Below are positions 30,438-40,026 of a DNA stretch of 64,000 nt, piece by piece. The translations under genes and the position numbers were made by a program. Within the stretch, counting starts at the first letter, position 1; every line of letters starts with the position of its first letter. This stretch comes from Nitrospina sp. (GTDB lineage: Bacteria > Nitrospinota > Nitrospinia > Nitrospinales > VA-1): assembly GCA_018653085.1 (NCBI GenBank), contig JABIAY010000053.1, positions 64,561 to 128,560 of the forward strand. The letters are read 5' to 3'. The notes beneath the pieces are model-generated. The model worked only from the letters and a program-made list of their open reading frames with translations. It ran no database searches and was not told where the DNA came from.

Positions 30438-32413
30438 TGCCCACCTCTAATTTTTCCACAACCCATGAGCGTGTTTTCTGGTTCTGGGCTTCCTTTGTCC
30501 TTGGTGCTTTTGCTTTGCTTAGGTTGCCCGGATTAGGAGTGCCGCTGGCTTCGGATGAGCTGGCCACGGTTTCACTTTGGGCGCAAATGCCTACCCTGAA
30601 AATTTTTTCCAATTATCAATACCCCAATAATCATATTTTCCTGACCCTCGTTCTCAGTTTTCTACTAAAAACATTTGGTCTGAAAGAATGGTTGTTAAGG
30701 ATGCCCTTATTGTTTTCCGGACTAGTCAGCATTTTTCTGGCCTACAAGCTGGGTAGAAGAATTTCTGGAAATATTGCTGTGGGGTTGTCTACAGCTTTTT
30801 TGATGACCCTCAGCGAAAAACATATTTATTTTTCCACCAACGCGCGGGGATATATCGTCATCATGATGCTGGCTCTAATGGCGGTGACTGTTGTGCTGGA
30901 TCGACTTGAAGCCCAGCCGTTAAAATTGCCCAAGCTCTCTAACGGATTCAACGGAACCTTGGCATTTCTCGGATGGGCGGCTATCTGGATTCTAGGAACC
31001 TGGACGATCCCTACCTTCTTGTTTTTTGTGGTTTCGGTTGCTCTATTCTTGGCGGGAATTTTTCTGGCAGGAAATCACGTATTAAAAAAAGAGTATTTGG
31101 TTGTACCCCTGCTTTCGACCGTGGTGGGGGGGCTCGTATTTTATTTGCAATACTACGTGTTGATTGATTCGGCAATGTTGACTTCGGCAACTGCGGCGGT
31201 GGTAACTGCAACAGGGGCAAAAACATCCCTGGTACAATTTTTTCCTGAACTCCTGACGGAATGGACAAGCCCCTTTGAACCGGCAGGATTTCTATTTTTC
31301 CTGTTTGCCCTGATGGGATTGGTTCGGTTGTTCGGGCAAAACCGGGTCATCGGTTTTCTGATGGCCTGCGTTTGGCTGGGTCCTATTGTCATTGGAGTCC
31401 TGGGCTTTTTGTTGGGAAGGCTTCCCACCGTTCCGTATCCTCGAACCTTTTTTTATCTACAACCCTTTTTTCTGATATTGGGCGTGATGGGTGCCCGGGA
31501 AACCGGGTTATGGGTTTTAACATTGCTAAATAAAAATCCCGGCTCTAATGAGAAAAGCCTGCGAATTATGACAGGAGTTTTGGCGGGGGTTCTTTTTCTG
31601 ATTGCGGGGTTAAATTTTTTCCAGCAAGTTTATCCCCAGCGTTTGTCGAGAGAACCTTTGAACAGGGTTCGTGATTTTGTGCGAGAATTGAATCCGAATG
31701 ACCTGCTTCTGGTTTCTCATAAAATGCATGTGGAGTTCTACCTGTATGGTGCCCGTGATATGCGAAGTCGGATAGAAAATATTCTGCATGAGGGGAAATT
31801 GGGAAACATCTATTTTCTGGAGCGTGAGAAAAATGAGAAAAGGTTTCTAAGCTTTCACGCCTTGACCGGGAATGCGGGAAAAGAGGGGCCGACTCTCCCT
31901 GAAGAGGCTGTGGAGGTGGTTGAACGATTTGACCCTTTTGTGTTCTATCGATTAAAGCAAGGCTGGGTACAGCCTCTGCCGGGATGGGAGGAAGCAGGCT
32001 CTTCTAAAACAGGGGCCTTTAGATGGGAAAAGGGGCCTCCGGGAATCCGCTCCTTGATTCGGTTTGAAGATTCCTTTACGGTAGCCAGGGAGAACAGGGA
32101 GCAGTTATTTCATAGAGCTTCGGGTTTGACCTTGAACTTGATGGAAGTTGCAGGCAGCGAAAAAAATTTTTCAGCAGTCTTGTTGGGCGGGCAGAGGAAA
32201 GAAGGTAATATTGTTTTCGATCCCAGTTGGCACCCCAACGCATGGATTCTGGACCACCCCTACGGGAGCGATATTTTTAACCGCCGTTGGAATCCGGCTA
32301 TTTTTATCTCTCAGGGTGTGGGACGTTTGTCAATATTGGATGTAAAGTTTTCCCGGCGTTTGGGTCATGGGGCGGTAAGGAATTTTTTAAGTTATCGGAT
32401 TGATAAACCTTAG
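30437..32413 (+). CDS. GT-C fold glycosyltransferase (ArnT/PMT, GT39/GT83-like) with a C-terminal soluble domain
   Basis: 658 aa. About 11-13 hydrophobic segments in the first ~400 aa and an Asp-Glu pair in the first loop (LASDELATVSLW). The start overlaps the M48 stop (TAATG). Confidence 0.6.
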   Translation: MPTSNFSTTHERVFWFWASFVLGAFALLRLPGLGVPLASDELATVSLWAQMPTLKIFSNYQYPNNHIFLTLVLSFLLKTFGLKEWLLRMPLLFSGLVSIFLAYKLGRRISGNIAVGLSTAFLMTLSEKHIYFSTNARGYIVIMMLALMAVTVVLDRLEAQPLKLPKLSNGFNGTLAFLGWAAIWILGTWTIPTFLFFVVSVALFLAGIFLAGNHVLKKEYLVVPLLSTVVGGLVFYLQYYVLIDSAMLTSATAAVVTATGAKTSLVQFFPELLTEWTSPFEPAGFLFFLFALMGLVRLFGQNRVIGFLMACVWLGPIVIGVLGFLLGRLPTVPYPRTFFYLQPFFLILGVMGARETGLWVLTLLNKNPGSNEKSLRIMTGVLAGVLFLIAGLNFFQQVYPQRLSREPLNRVRDFVRELNPNDLLLVSHKMHVEFYLYGARDMRSRIENILHEGKLGNIYFLEREKNEKRFLSFHALTGNAGKEGPTLPEEAVEVVERFDPFVFYRLKQGWVQPLPGWEEAGSSKTGAFRWEKGPPGIRSLIRFEDSFTVARENREQLFHRASGLTLNLMEVAGSEKNFSAVLLGGQRKEGNIVFDPSWHPNAWILDHPYGSDIFNRRWNPAIFISQGVGRLSILDVKFSRRLGHGAVRNFLSYRIDKP

Positions 32414-32422
32414 GTGGAAAAA

Positions 32423-33391
32423 ATGATCGTCGTTACAGGAGGGGCAGGGTTTATAGGCAGTGCCCTGGTGCATGGCCTTAATCAGAAAGGTTTTGAGGAT
32501 ATCTGGGTGGTGGATGAAATGGACCACCCAGAAAAGCAGAAGAATCTGGATGCCCTCACCTATTCAAGATGGGTTGGCAAGGATATTTTCTTGCAGGAAA
32601 CAATAGGATCAAAACTTCCTGCATGTTCGGCAATTCTGCATATGGGAGCTTGCTCCTCAACAACGGAGACCAATGAAACCTATCTGCGCGAAAATAATTT
32701 TGAGTACACCCAATCCCTTGCCCAATATTGCCTGAAGAAGGATGTGCGTTTTATTTATGCTTCCAGTGCCGCAACTTATGGGGCTGGAGAGAACGGGTAT
32801 TCGGATGACGAGTCCCTGCTGGAAACATTGGCCCCTCTCAATCTTTATGGGGCCAGCAAGCAGTGGTTCGACTTGTGGGCCAAAGAGGTGGGAGCATTAA
32901 AGGACATTGTGGGGTTGAAATATTTTAACGTGTTTGGTCCGAATGAATACCATAAGGAAGATATGCAAAGTATGGTCCGCAAGGGTTTTTTGCAGGTGCG
33001 CGATGCAGGGGCTCTGAACCTGTTTAAATCCTACAAGGCCGGGTATGGTGATGGGGAGCAGGAACGTGATTTTTTATATGTCCGTGACGCGGTGGCGATG
33101 ACTCTATTTTTTCTGGAAAACGAGGGCATTGGGGGAATTTATAATGTCGGGTCAGGCAAGGCGAGAAACTGGAACGACCTGGCCTCTGCGATTTTTAAGG
33201 CAATGAACAAACAAATGGAGATCAACTATATCGAGATGCCCGAATCCATCCGGGGACAATACCAATACCACACCTGTGCCGAAATGGAAAAAATACGGTC
33301 GGCGGGATATATGGAAACAACAGTATCTCTTGAGGAGGGAATTTCAGATTACGTTAAAAACTACCTGATTCCCGACAAGCACCTTGGCTGA
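32423..33391 (+). CDS. hldD: ADP-L-glycero-D-manno-heptose 6-epimerase
   Basis: MIVVTGGAGFIGSALV N-terminus, SDR fold, YGASK catalytic motif. The ORF track starts at GTG 32414; ATG 32423 has AGGTGG upstream. Confidence 0.88.
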   Translation: MIVVTGGAGFIGSALVHGLNQKGFEDIWVVDEMDHPEKQKNLDALTYSRWVGKDIFLQETIGSKLPACSAILHMGACSSTTETNETYLRENNFEYTQSLAQYCLKKDVRFIYASSAATYGAGENGYSDDESLLETLAPLNLYGASKQWFDLWAKEVGALKDIVGLKYFNVFGPNEYHKEDMQSMVRKGFLQVRDAGALNLFKSYKAGYGDGEQERDFLYVRDAVAMTLFFLENEGIGGIYNVGSGKARNWNDLASAIFKAMNKQMEINYIEMPESIRGQYQYHTCAEMEKIRSAGYMETTVSLEEGISDYVKNYLIPDKHLG

Positions 33392-33418
33392 CTCCTTGCT
33401 TCGCGTAAAACTGTAGGT

Positions 33419-34888
33419 TCAGCTGGCTTTATGTTTTTCCAGGATTTTTTCCAGGGTTTGGGTGGTGGAATGGCCTTCGACAATGGGTATTAGCTCAACT
33501 CTTGCTCCATATCCTTCAACGATTTCCCGACCGACAACCTCATTGATTTTGTAGTCGTTTCCTTTTACCAGGATATCAGGCCTGACCTCGCGGATGAGCT
33601 TTTCTGGAGTGGTCTCATCAAAAAGGGTGATGTAGTCGATATATTTTAAAGAGGAAAGAATATTGGCGCGTTCTCTTTCACTTTTAATGGGCCGGTTTTC
33701 CCCTTTTAATTTTTTAACAGATTTATCGGTATTGAGTCCGACCACAAGAATATCCCCCAGGGCTTTTGCTTTTTGCAGAAACTCGATATGCCCTCCATGG
33801 ATAATGTCGAAACAACCATTGGTGAATACCACTTTTTTATCCGTGCTCTTTGCCATGCTGACGATTGTTTTCAACTCTTCGAGTTCAAGAACGGTATGAG
33901 AGGTGCGTAACATCTCTTCGTGCAGAAACTCGTTAATTTCTTCCAGGGTGACCACTGCGGTTCCCACTTTGCCAACAACAACGCTGGCGGCCATATTTGA
34001 AAGCCACGCGGCTTCGTAATAACTGAAACCAACAAACACCGCCATACTGAAGACGCTGATAACCGTATCTCCGGCACCGGTAACATCAAAAACTTCTTTG
34101 GCTACGGTAGGAATGGATATGAGTTTCTCTTTGTTCTGATAGAGCGACATGCCGTCTTTCCCACGTGTAATGAGCATGGCCTGTGCCCGCGTCAGATTCA
34201 AAAGGTATTCGGCGGCCCGTCCCAGGTCTTCTTCATCCTTGATCTTGATGGGAACCGAGCGTGCCACTTCCCTTTCATTGGGGGTGATAACGCTGGCGCC
34301 TTTATACAGAGAGAAGTCCGAGCTTTTGGGATCGACGATGACAGGTTTTTTGGATTTCTGAGCCCGGTGCATAATGGCTTTAATAATTTTTTCGGTCAGA
34401 ACGCCTTTCTGGTAATCGGAGCAGATGATCCCGTCCATTCCGGGAATAACCTGGTTGATATACTGAATCAACTTCTTTTCAGTTTCTTCAGTGATAGGGC
34501 GGTTGTCTTCCTTGTCGATTCGCAGAATCTGCTGGTTATGGGCAATGATCCTCATTTTGGAAGTCGTGGGGCGATGCACGAACCGAAAAATTCCTTCGGT
34601 TTGAATAGATCTGTCATGGATGGTCTGTAAAAGTTTATCGCCTTTTTCATCCTGTCCAATGGCACCGCAAAGGTGGACTTCGCAACCGAGACCAACAAGG
34701 TTATTGGCGACATTGGCGGCTCCCCCCAGCGCCAGGTTTTCGGAGCGGGTTTCCAGAATAGGGACAGGAGCTTCAGGAGAGATACGATTCACCCCTCCCC
34801 AGATATATTCATCCAGTATCAAATCGCCGACAACGAGGATTTTTGGTCGATCATTGTTATTAAAAAAATATTTAAACTTTTCTTTCAT
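33419..34888 (-). CDS. hldE: Bifunctional D-beta-D-heptose 7-phosphate kinase / heptose 1-phosphate adenylyltransferase
   Basis: 489 aa. N-terminal ribokinase-like domain (GAANVANN, TGAGDT) and C-terminal cytidylyltransferase-like domain (TNGCFDIIHGGH). Confidence 0.92.
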   Translation of the reverse strand: MKEKFKYFFNNNDRPKILVVGDLILDEYIWGGVNRISPEAPVPILETRSENLALGGAANVANNLVGLGCEVHLCGAIGQDEKGDKLLQTIHDRSIQTEGIFRFVHRPTTSKMRIIAHNQQILRIDKEDNRPITEETEKKLIQYINQVIPGMDGIICSDYQKGVLTEKIIKAIMHRAQKSKKPVIVDPKSSDFSLYKGASVITPNEREVARSVPIKIKDEEDLGRAAEYLLNLTRAQAMLITRGKDGMSLYQNKEKLISIPTVAKEVFDVTGAGDTVISVFSMAVFVGFSYYEAAWLSNMAASVVVGKVGTAVVTLEEINEFLHEEMLRTSHTVLELEELKTIVSMAKSTDKKVVFTNGCFDIIHGGHIEFLQKAKALGDILVVGLNTDKSVKKLKGENRPIKSERERANILSSLKYIDYITLFDETTPEKLIREVRPDILVKGNDYKINEVVGREIVEGYGARVELIPIVEGHSTTQTLEKILEKHKAS

Positions 34889-35449
34889 TTATAAGTCTTC
34901 TTCAATAAGTTCACAAATTATATGCCCGATGGTTATATGCACTTCCTGGATTCTGGCCGTGTCATTAGAAGGGATAATGATAGACAAATTCGCGACCCCT
35001 TTTATTTTACCGCCATTATTGCCTGTCAGTCCAATAGTCTCTGCACCAAGGGCATTGGCCTTTTTCAGGGCCCGCACAACATTTTCCGAGTTGCCACTGG
35101 TGCTGATTCCCACTACCGCATCGTTTTTCTGGGCCAGGGCCTCGACCTGTCTTTCAAAAACCGTTTCAAAACCATAATCGTTTCCAAGGGCTGTCAATGA
35201 AGAGCTGTCAACAGTGAGGGCGATTGCGGGCATAGCCCTGCGTTCTTTTTTGAATCTTCCGATCAATTCTGCGGCGATATGCTGGGAGTCGCCAGCGCTT
35301 CCCCCGTTGCCCATTAATATCAGTTTTCCGCCTTTTTGCAGGCAGGCCTTGATGCGGTTTGCGGCTTCCAGAATATCTCCTGAAAGGGTATCGGCGACGG
35401 TCCTTTTCAAGTCGGCGCTGGAATACAGAAAATCTTTAACGCGTTGCAT
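34889..35449 (-). CDS. gmhA: Phosphoheptose isomerase
   Basis: 186 aa SIS domain (MGNGGSAGDSQH, ISTSGNS), directly abutting hldE. Confidence 0.9.
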   Translation of the reverse strand: MQRVKDFLYSSADLKRTVADTLSGDILEAANRIKACLQKGGKLILMGNGGSAGDSQHIAAELIGRFKKERRAMPAIALTVDSSSLTALGNDYGFETVFERQVEALAQKNDAVVGISTSGNSENVVRALKKANALGAETIGLTGNNGGKIKGVANLSIIIPSNDTARIQEVHITIGHIICELIEEDL

Positions 35450-35491
35450 AGGTTACCATTGGAAAAATTCTTATAGTTTACGGGAGCTATT

Positions 35492-36190
35492 CTACAGCAA
35501 GCCTTCGTCGGCAAAACTAAAAAATCCATTACCCCCGATGATAATATGGTCGACCATATGAATTCCCACAATTTTTCCGGTTTTGTTGAGCCGGTGGGTG
35601 ATTTCAAAATCCTGTTGGCTGGGGGTCGGATCTCCGCTTGGGTGATTATGGATTAAGGCAAAGGATGCCGCAGATTCCCGGATTGCAGGAATCATGACTT
35701 CCCTTGGGTGAACAATACTAGCATTCAAACTTCCTTCCGAAATAGTCAGATCCTTAATATATTGTAGTTTGGGATCCAGGAGCACTATTTTTACAATTTC
35801 TTTTTTCAGGTTTTTCAGAAAAGGGGAAAACTGGTCCACAAAGGCCCGGCTGGATTTCAATTTAATCTTTGTGTTTGCAGGCTTTGAAGCCATGCGCTTT
35901 CCCACTTCCAGCGCGGCTTTAATTTGTGCCGCCTTGGCCGAGCCAATGCCTTTTACCTGGCACATTTCGGTCACCGTTACCTGATCGAGATTCTCCAGAG
36001 TGCCAAACGCGTTAAGCAGATCCCGGCTTAAATCGACCGCATTTTTTTTTGCGCGTCGATCTCCGGACCCAATGAGAATTCCCAACAGGTGTGCGTCAGA
36101 CAAAGTACTGCTTCCATATTTAATCAACCGTTCGCGCGGACGCTCATCTTCCGGCCAGTGCTTTATGGAAGCTGAATTTTTTCCTGGCAT
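35492..36190 (-). CDS. radC: RadC-like JAB-domain protein
   Basis: 232 aa. HhH-like N-terminal part and the JAMM motif LIHNHPSGDPTPS. Confidence 0.85.
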   Translation of the reverse strand: MPGKNSASIKHWPEDERPRERLIKYGSSTLSDAHLLGILIGSGDRRAKKNAVDLSRDLLNAFGTLENLDQVTVTEMCQVKGIGSAKAAQIKAALEVGKRMASKPANTKIKLKSSRAFVDQFSPFLKNLKKEIVKIVLLDPKLQYIKDLTISEGSLNASIVHPREVMIPAIRESAASFALIHNHPSGDPTPSQQDFEITHRLNKTGKIVGIHMVDHIIIGGNGFFSFADEGLL

Positions 36191-36204
36191 GCCAACATCC
36201 GGGT

Positions 36205-37140
36205 TCAGGTTTGCAGTTGTTCTTTAAAATATTTCAGGGTCGATTGCAGGCCCTCGTCCAATTTGACCACAGGCTCCCAGTCTAAATATTTTTTTGCGCG
36301 GGTGATATCAGGTTGCCGGACTTTAGGGTCGTCCTCTGGCAAGGGAACATGGCTGATTTTACTCTTGCTGTTCGTGGCTTGCAAAATTTTATCGGCCATT
36401 TCTTTAATCGTCATTTCATTGGGATTGCCAATATTTACGGGGTAATTCTGATCCGAAGTTAAAAGGCGGTAGATGCCTTCAATGAGATCCGATACGTAAC
36501 AGAAGCTTCGTGTCTGCGAGCCATCTCCGTAGATTGTTAAGTCTTTTCCTGTGAGAGCCTGTTTTAAAAAATTAGGAATGGCCCGGCCATCATTGACCCG
36601 CATGCGTGGTCCATAGGTATTAAAAATACGGATGATCTTGGTATCGATTGCATGTGTCCTGTGGTAGGCCATGGTTATGGCTTCGGCAAATCGTTTGGCT
36701 TCGTCATAGACACCGCGCGGGCCAATGGGATTCACGTTTCCCCAATATTCTTCTGGTTGTGGATGAATCAAAGGGTCTCCATAAACTTCAGAGGTGGAGG
36801 CAAGAAAAAAAACGGCTTTCTTTGCTTTCGCCAGGCCCAGGGCATTATGAGTGCCCAGTGCGCCGACTTTGAGAGTCTGGATGGGAAGCTCCAAATAGTC
36901 GATAGGACTGGCAGGGGATGCGAAATGCAGAATATAATCCAACTCGCCTTCCAGATCGATAAACTCGGAAACGTTGTGCTCGATAAATTGAAACTTTTCA
37001 CTTTTTATGCCGGAAATATTATCCTTGGAGCCGGTGATAAGATTATCCATGCAGACCACTTCATGGCCTTTATTCAGAAGGTATTCGCATAAATGCGAAC
37101 CCAGAAAACCCGCTCCTCCTGTGACTAATGTTCTTGGCAT
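36205..37140 (-). CDS. uxs: UDP-glucuronate decarboxylase (UDP-xylose synthase-like SDR)
   Basis: [20 protein letters not shown] catalytic motif, about 311 aa from MPRTLVTGG at 37140. The ORF-track N-terminal extension (to 37314) would overlap fmt and is rejected. Confidence 0.82.
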   Translation of the reverse strand: MPRTLVTGGAGFLGSHLCEYLLNKGHEVVCMDNLITGSKDNISGIKSEKFQFIEHNVSEFIDLEGELDYILHFASPASPIDYLELPIQTLKVGALGTHNALGLAKAKKAVFFLASTSEVYGDPLIHPQPEEYWGNVNPIGPRGVYDEAKRFAEAITMAYHRTHAIDTKIIRIFNTYGPRMRVNDGRAIPNFLKQALTGKDLTIYGDGSQTRSFCYVSDLIEGIYRLLTSDQNYPVNIGNPNEMTIKEMADKILQATNSKSKISHVPLPEDDPKVRQPDITRAKKYLDWEPVVKLDEGLQSTLKYFKEQLQT

Positions 37141-37147
37141 GCTTACC

Positions 37148-38095
37148 TCATGATTGATTTGAAGTTGGATCAAACAGGATTCCCCGTTCAATTTTATAGC
37201 CTGCCAGAAAACTTTTGGCCGACATGCTTTTTTTTCCTTCCGGCTGAAGTTCAGTGATGACCAGTCTACCCTGCCCGGTACCCACTTCAATTCCCGTATC
37301 GGTAACCCGTGCAACCTGTCCCGGCTTATCCCCGGCGGCTCCCTCAGCAGTTTGGACTTTTAATATTCGTAACCGTTTTTTGTTTAACCAAGTGTAGGTT
37401 CCCGGCCATGGGGTGAGGCCCCGGACCTGATTCCAGAGGGTGGTGGCAGACTGCTCCCATTTAATCAAACCTTCTTCTTTTTTCAGTTTAGCCGCATACG
37501 TGGCATGACTATTATCCTGTGGCGTGGGCAGGAGCGTATTTTCTTCGAGCCGCCTGAGAGTTTCAAGTACCAGGGATCCTCCCATTTCCGCCAGCGTGTC
37601 ATGCAGGGTTTGCGCGTTATCGGTTTCATGAATAGGTGTTTCCTGCATGAGTAGAATATCTCCGGTGTCCATGCCCTTGTCCATAATCATGGTGGTGACC
37701 CCGGTTCGGGTGTCCCCGTTAAGAATGGACCGGTGAATGGGAGCCGCCCCCCTGTATTCGGGCAAAAGGGAAGAATGCAGGTTGATGCAGAACTGTTTGG
37801 GAATTTTAAGAAAAGCTTCACTCAGTATTTGTCCAAATGCAACTACGATAATAGCGTCCGGCTGATTTTGACTCAATGAGTCGATGAACTCCGGAGCATT
37901 AACTGCTTCAGGTTGCAGTATGGGAATGTTTAAGTCCAAGGCCATCTGTTTAATCGGGGAGACAAGAAGTTTCTGGCCCCGGCCTTGTCGTTTGTCAGGC
38001 TGGGTGATGACCGAGAGTATGGAATGCGAAGAATGGCGCAGGGCTTTCAGCGTAGGAAGCGCAAATTCTGGTGTTCCCATAAACACAATATTCAT
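37148..38095 (-). CDS. fmt: Methionyl-tRNA formyltransferase
   Basis: 315 aa. [12 protein letters not shown] and [14 protein letters not shown] motifs. Overlaps def by 4 nt. Confidence 0.93.
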   Translation of the reverse strand: MNIVFMGTPEFALPTLKALRHSSHSILSVITQPDKRQGRGQKLLVSPIKQMALDLNIPILQPEAVNAPEFIDSLSQNQPDAIIVVAFGQILSEAFLKIPKQFCINLHSSLLPEYRGAAPIHRSILNGDTRTGVTTMIMDKGMDTGDILLMQETPIHETDNAQTLHDTLAEMGGSLVLETLRRLEENTLLPTPQDNSHATYAAKLKKEEGLIKWEQSATTLWNQVRGLTPWPGTYTWLNKKRLRILKVQTAEGAAGDKPGQVARVTDTGIEVGTGQGRLVITELQPEGKKSMSAKSFLAGYKIERGILFDPTSNQS

Positions 38096-38604
38096 GCATC
38101 CTGCTCTTTGATTTTCTTTTTAAATTTTCTTTTAAGGATATCGCGTTTCATTTTTGCCAGATTATCCCAAAATAGAATTCCGTTCAAATGATCCATTTCA
38201 TGTTGAAAGGCTCGTGCCAGGTACCCCTCCGCCTCATAGTGGACTTCGTTCCCATCCAGATCGTAGCCCTTGATTTCAATCTGGCTGGCCCGGTTAACTT
38301 CTGCCACGACATCAGGGATGCTCAAGCAACCTTCTTCCCCAAGCTCATTGCCTTCCATGGTAGTAATTTCCGGATTGACCACGGTAATCAGGTTTTCCTT
38401 GTCGGTTTCAACACCGATGTTGATCACAAACATGCGTTGTGCCAAACCGATTTGGTTAGCGGCAAGCCCGACTCCTGGAGCGGCGCGGATGGTTTCCACC
38501 ATATTTTCCGCAAGGGTGACCAGCTCTCCATCAATATTCTCGATGGGCAGGCACGTTTTCCTTAAAACAGGGTCCAGACAGTTTTTAATCGTTAGCAAGG
38601 GCAT
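38092..38604 (-). CDS. def: Peptide deformylase
   Basis: GVGLAANQIG, EGCLSIP and QHEMDHLNG motifs. Lys-rich C-terminal tail. Confidence 0.95.
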   Translation of the reverse strand: MPLLTIKNCLDPVLRKTCLPIENIDGELVTLAENMVETIRAAPGVGLAANQIGLAQRMFVINIGVETDKENLITVVNPEITTMEGNELGEEGCLSIPDVVAEVNRASQIEIKGYDLDGNEVHYEAEGYLARAFQHEMDHLNGILFWDNLAKMKRDILKRKFKKKIKEQDA

Positions 38605-38718
38605 ACTTTATTTACAAACCTTATCGGTCATCGACAGAGATATCATCAGGGGCAAAAATACAGGTCAATTTTAATACAGAATGGAGCTGGTATCTAGCTT
38701 GGATATGTGGGAGAAAAC

Positions 38719-38786
38719 GCAACCCCCTCAATCCCCCTTATCAGGGGGACGATCAATTCCCCCCTGTTAAGGGGGCTAGGGGGGTT
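38719..38786. repeat. Family-2 G/C-run hairpin doublet (inverted pair)
   Basis: GCAACCCCCTCAATCCCCCTTATCAGGGGGA (38719-38749) faces TTCCCCCCTGTTAAGGGGGCTAGGGGGGTT (38757-38786). Single arms recur at 44342, 46455, 46641 and 53172. Confidence 0.85.
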
Positions 38787-38809
38787 AAACAATATGCCCA
38801 TGCAACTCG

Positions 38810-40021
38810 TTATGTAGTGTATTCCGCATTGATTTTAACGTAATCATAAGAGAGATCGCAGGTAAAAACTTCTTCCCATTCTTTTCCGCAATGCAGGTCA
38901 ATGGTTATATTGATTTCATGTTGTTGCATCGCCTTGACCAATTTTTTGGGAGACAGGTTTGTGGGAGCCCCGTTTTTCAAAAGCAGGTTTTTATTTAATA
39001 AGATATCCACCTTGTCAGGATCAAAGTTTGCTCCGGCATTTCCCACTGCGCAGAAAATCCGTCCCCAGTTGGGGTCCTCCCCAAATAATGCGGTTTTGAC
39101 AAGAGAAGATGTGGCAACGGAATTGGCTATGAGGTATGCCTGTTTGCGGGTTTTTCCTCCCTGAACGCGAACGGTGACAAACTTGGTTGCGCCCTCCCCA
39201 TCGAGCACAATTTTAGATGCCAGGTTTTTGCATAGTGTTGTTAAAGCTTTTAAAAATTCCCGGTAGCCCGGTGTATTGGGTTTTATCGCAGGGTTCTTTG
39301 CCTTGCCGTTAGCAAGGATGACGACACAATCATTGGTGCTGTTATCGCCGTCAACAGTGATGCGATTAAAAGAGCGATCGGTGGCTTCTATCAGAGCCAT
39401 TTTAAGGGTCTTGGAATCGATGACAGCATTGCTACACAAAAAACCCAGCATGGTTGCCATGTCGGGATGGATCATTCCAGACCCTTTGGTCATCCCTCCT
39501 ATGATGATGCGGTGTCCGTTGTAGTTGTAACTCACCTTATCTGACTTGGATACCAGGTCGGTGGTCATGATAGCTTCTGAGGCGTCGGTCCAGTTTTTTG
39601 GAGACCGTCCCAGTTTCTGCGCCAGTTGCGGAGCGGCCTGCAAAATTTTATGGGAAGGTAGCGGAACTCCAATCACTCCGGTGGAAGCGATGAGCACTTC
39701 TTTTTGCGGGATGGACAACTCTTCCGCAATCTTTTTTGTGATCGCATCGCAATCTTTAAACCCTTTGGGGCCCACTACCGTATTGGCGTTGCCGCTATTA
39801 ACGACAATGGCACGGCAACCACCGGGTTTAGCCAGTGCACGACGGCTCCAGGTCACACCGGGAGATACCACACGGTTCTTGGTAAAAACACCTGCGGCGG
39901 TGGCCGGAACATCGGAAACGATCAATGCCAGGTCTTTCAAATTCCCGGCCTTGATGCCACAGGAAAGCCCGACTGCTTTGAATCCCGGTACAGCCGGGTT
40001 GCGATTTTTTAATATCTTCAT
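38810..40021 (-). CDS. argJ: Bifunctional ornithine acetyltransferase / N-acetylglutamate synthase
   Basis: 403 aa. Autoprocessing site context HPDMATMLGF. Confidence 0.92.
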   Translation of the reverse strand: MKILKNRNPAVPGFKAVGLSCGIKAGNLKDLALIVSDVPATAAGVFTKNRVVSPGVTWSRRALAKPGGCRAIVVNSGNANTVVGPKGFKDCDAITKKIAEELSIPQKEVLIASTGVIGVPLPSHKILQAAPQLAQKLGRSPKNWTDASEAIMTTDLVSKSDKVSYNYNGHRIIIGGMTKGSGMIHPDMATMLGFLCSNAVIDSKTLKMALIEATDRSFNRITVDGDNSTNDCVVILANGKAKNPAIKPNTPGYREFLKALTTLCKNLASKIVLDGEGATKFVTVRVQGGKTRKQAYLIANSVATSSLVKTALFGEDPNWGRIFCAVGNAGANFDPDKVDILLNKNLLLKNGAPTNLSPKKLVKAMQQHEINITIDLHCGKEWEEVFTCDLSYDYVKINAEYTT

Positions 40022-40026
40022 AATTC

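Noticed and set aside
37141-37314. N-terminal extensions proposed by the ORF track for uxs (to 37314), the M48 gene (29238-29291), the hexapeptide gene (61123-61164), fabZ (11614-11682), the apgM-like gene (26563-26613), amt (48227-48265) and glnE (19261-19284).
   Set aside because: Internal starts restore canonical N-termini (for example [12 protein letters not shown] for uxs and MMDINEIKK for fabZ). They have Shine-Dalgarno sequences and avoid overlap with upstream genes or repeat sequence.
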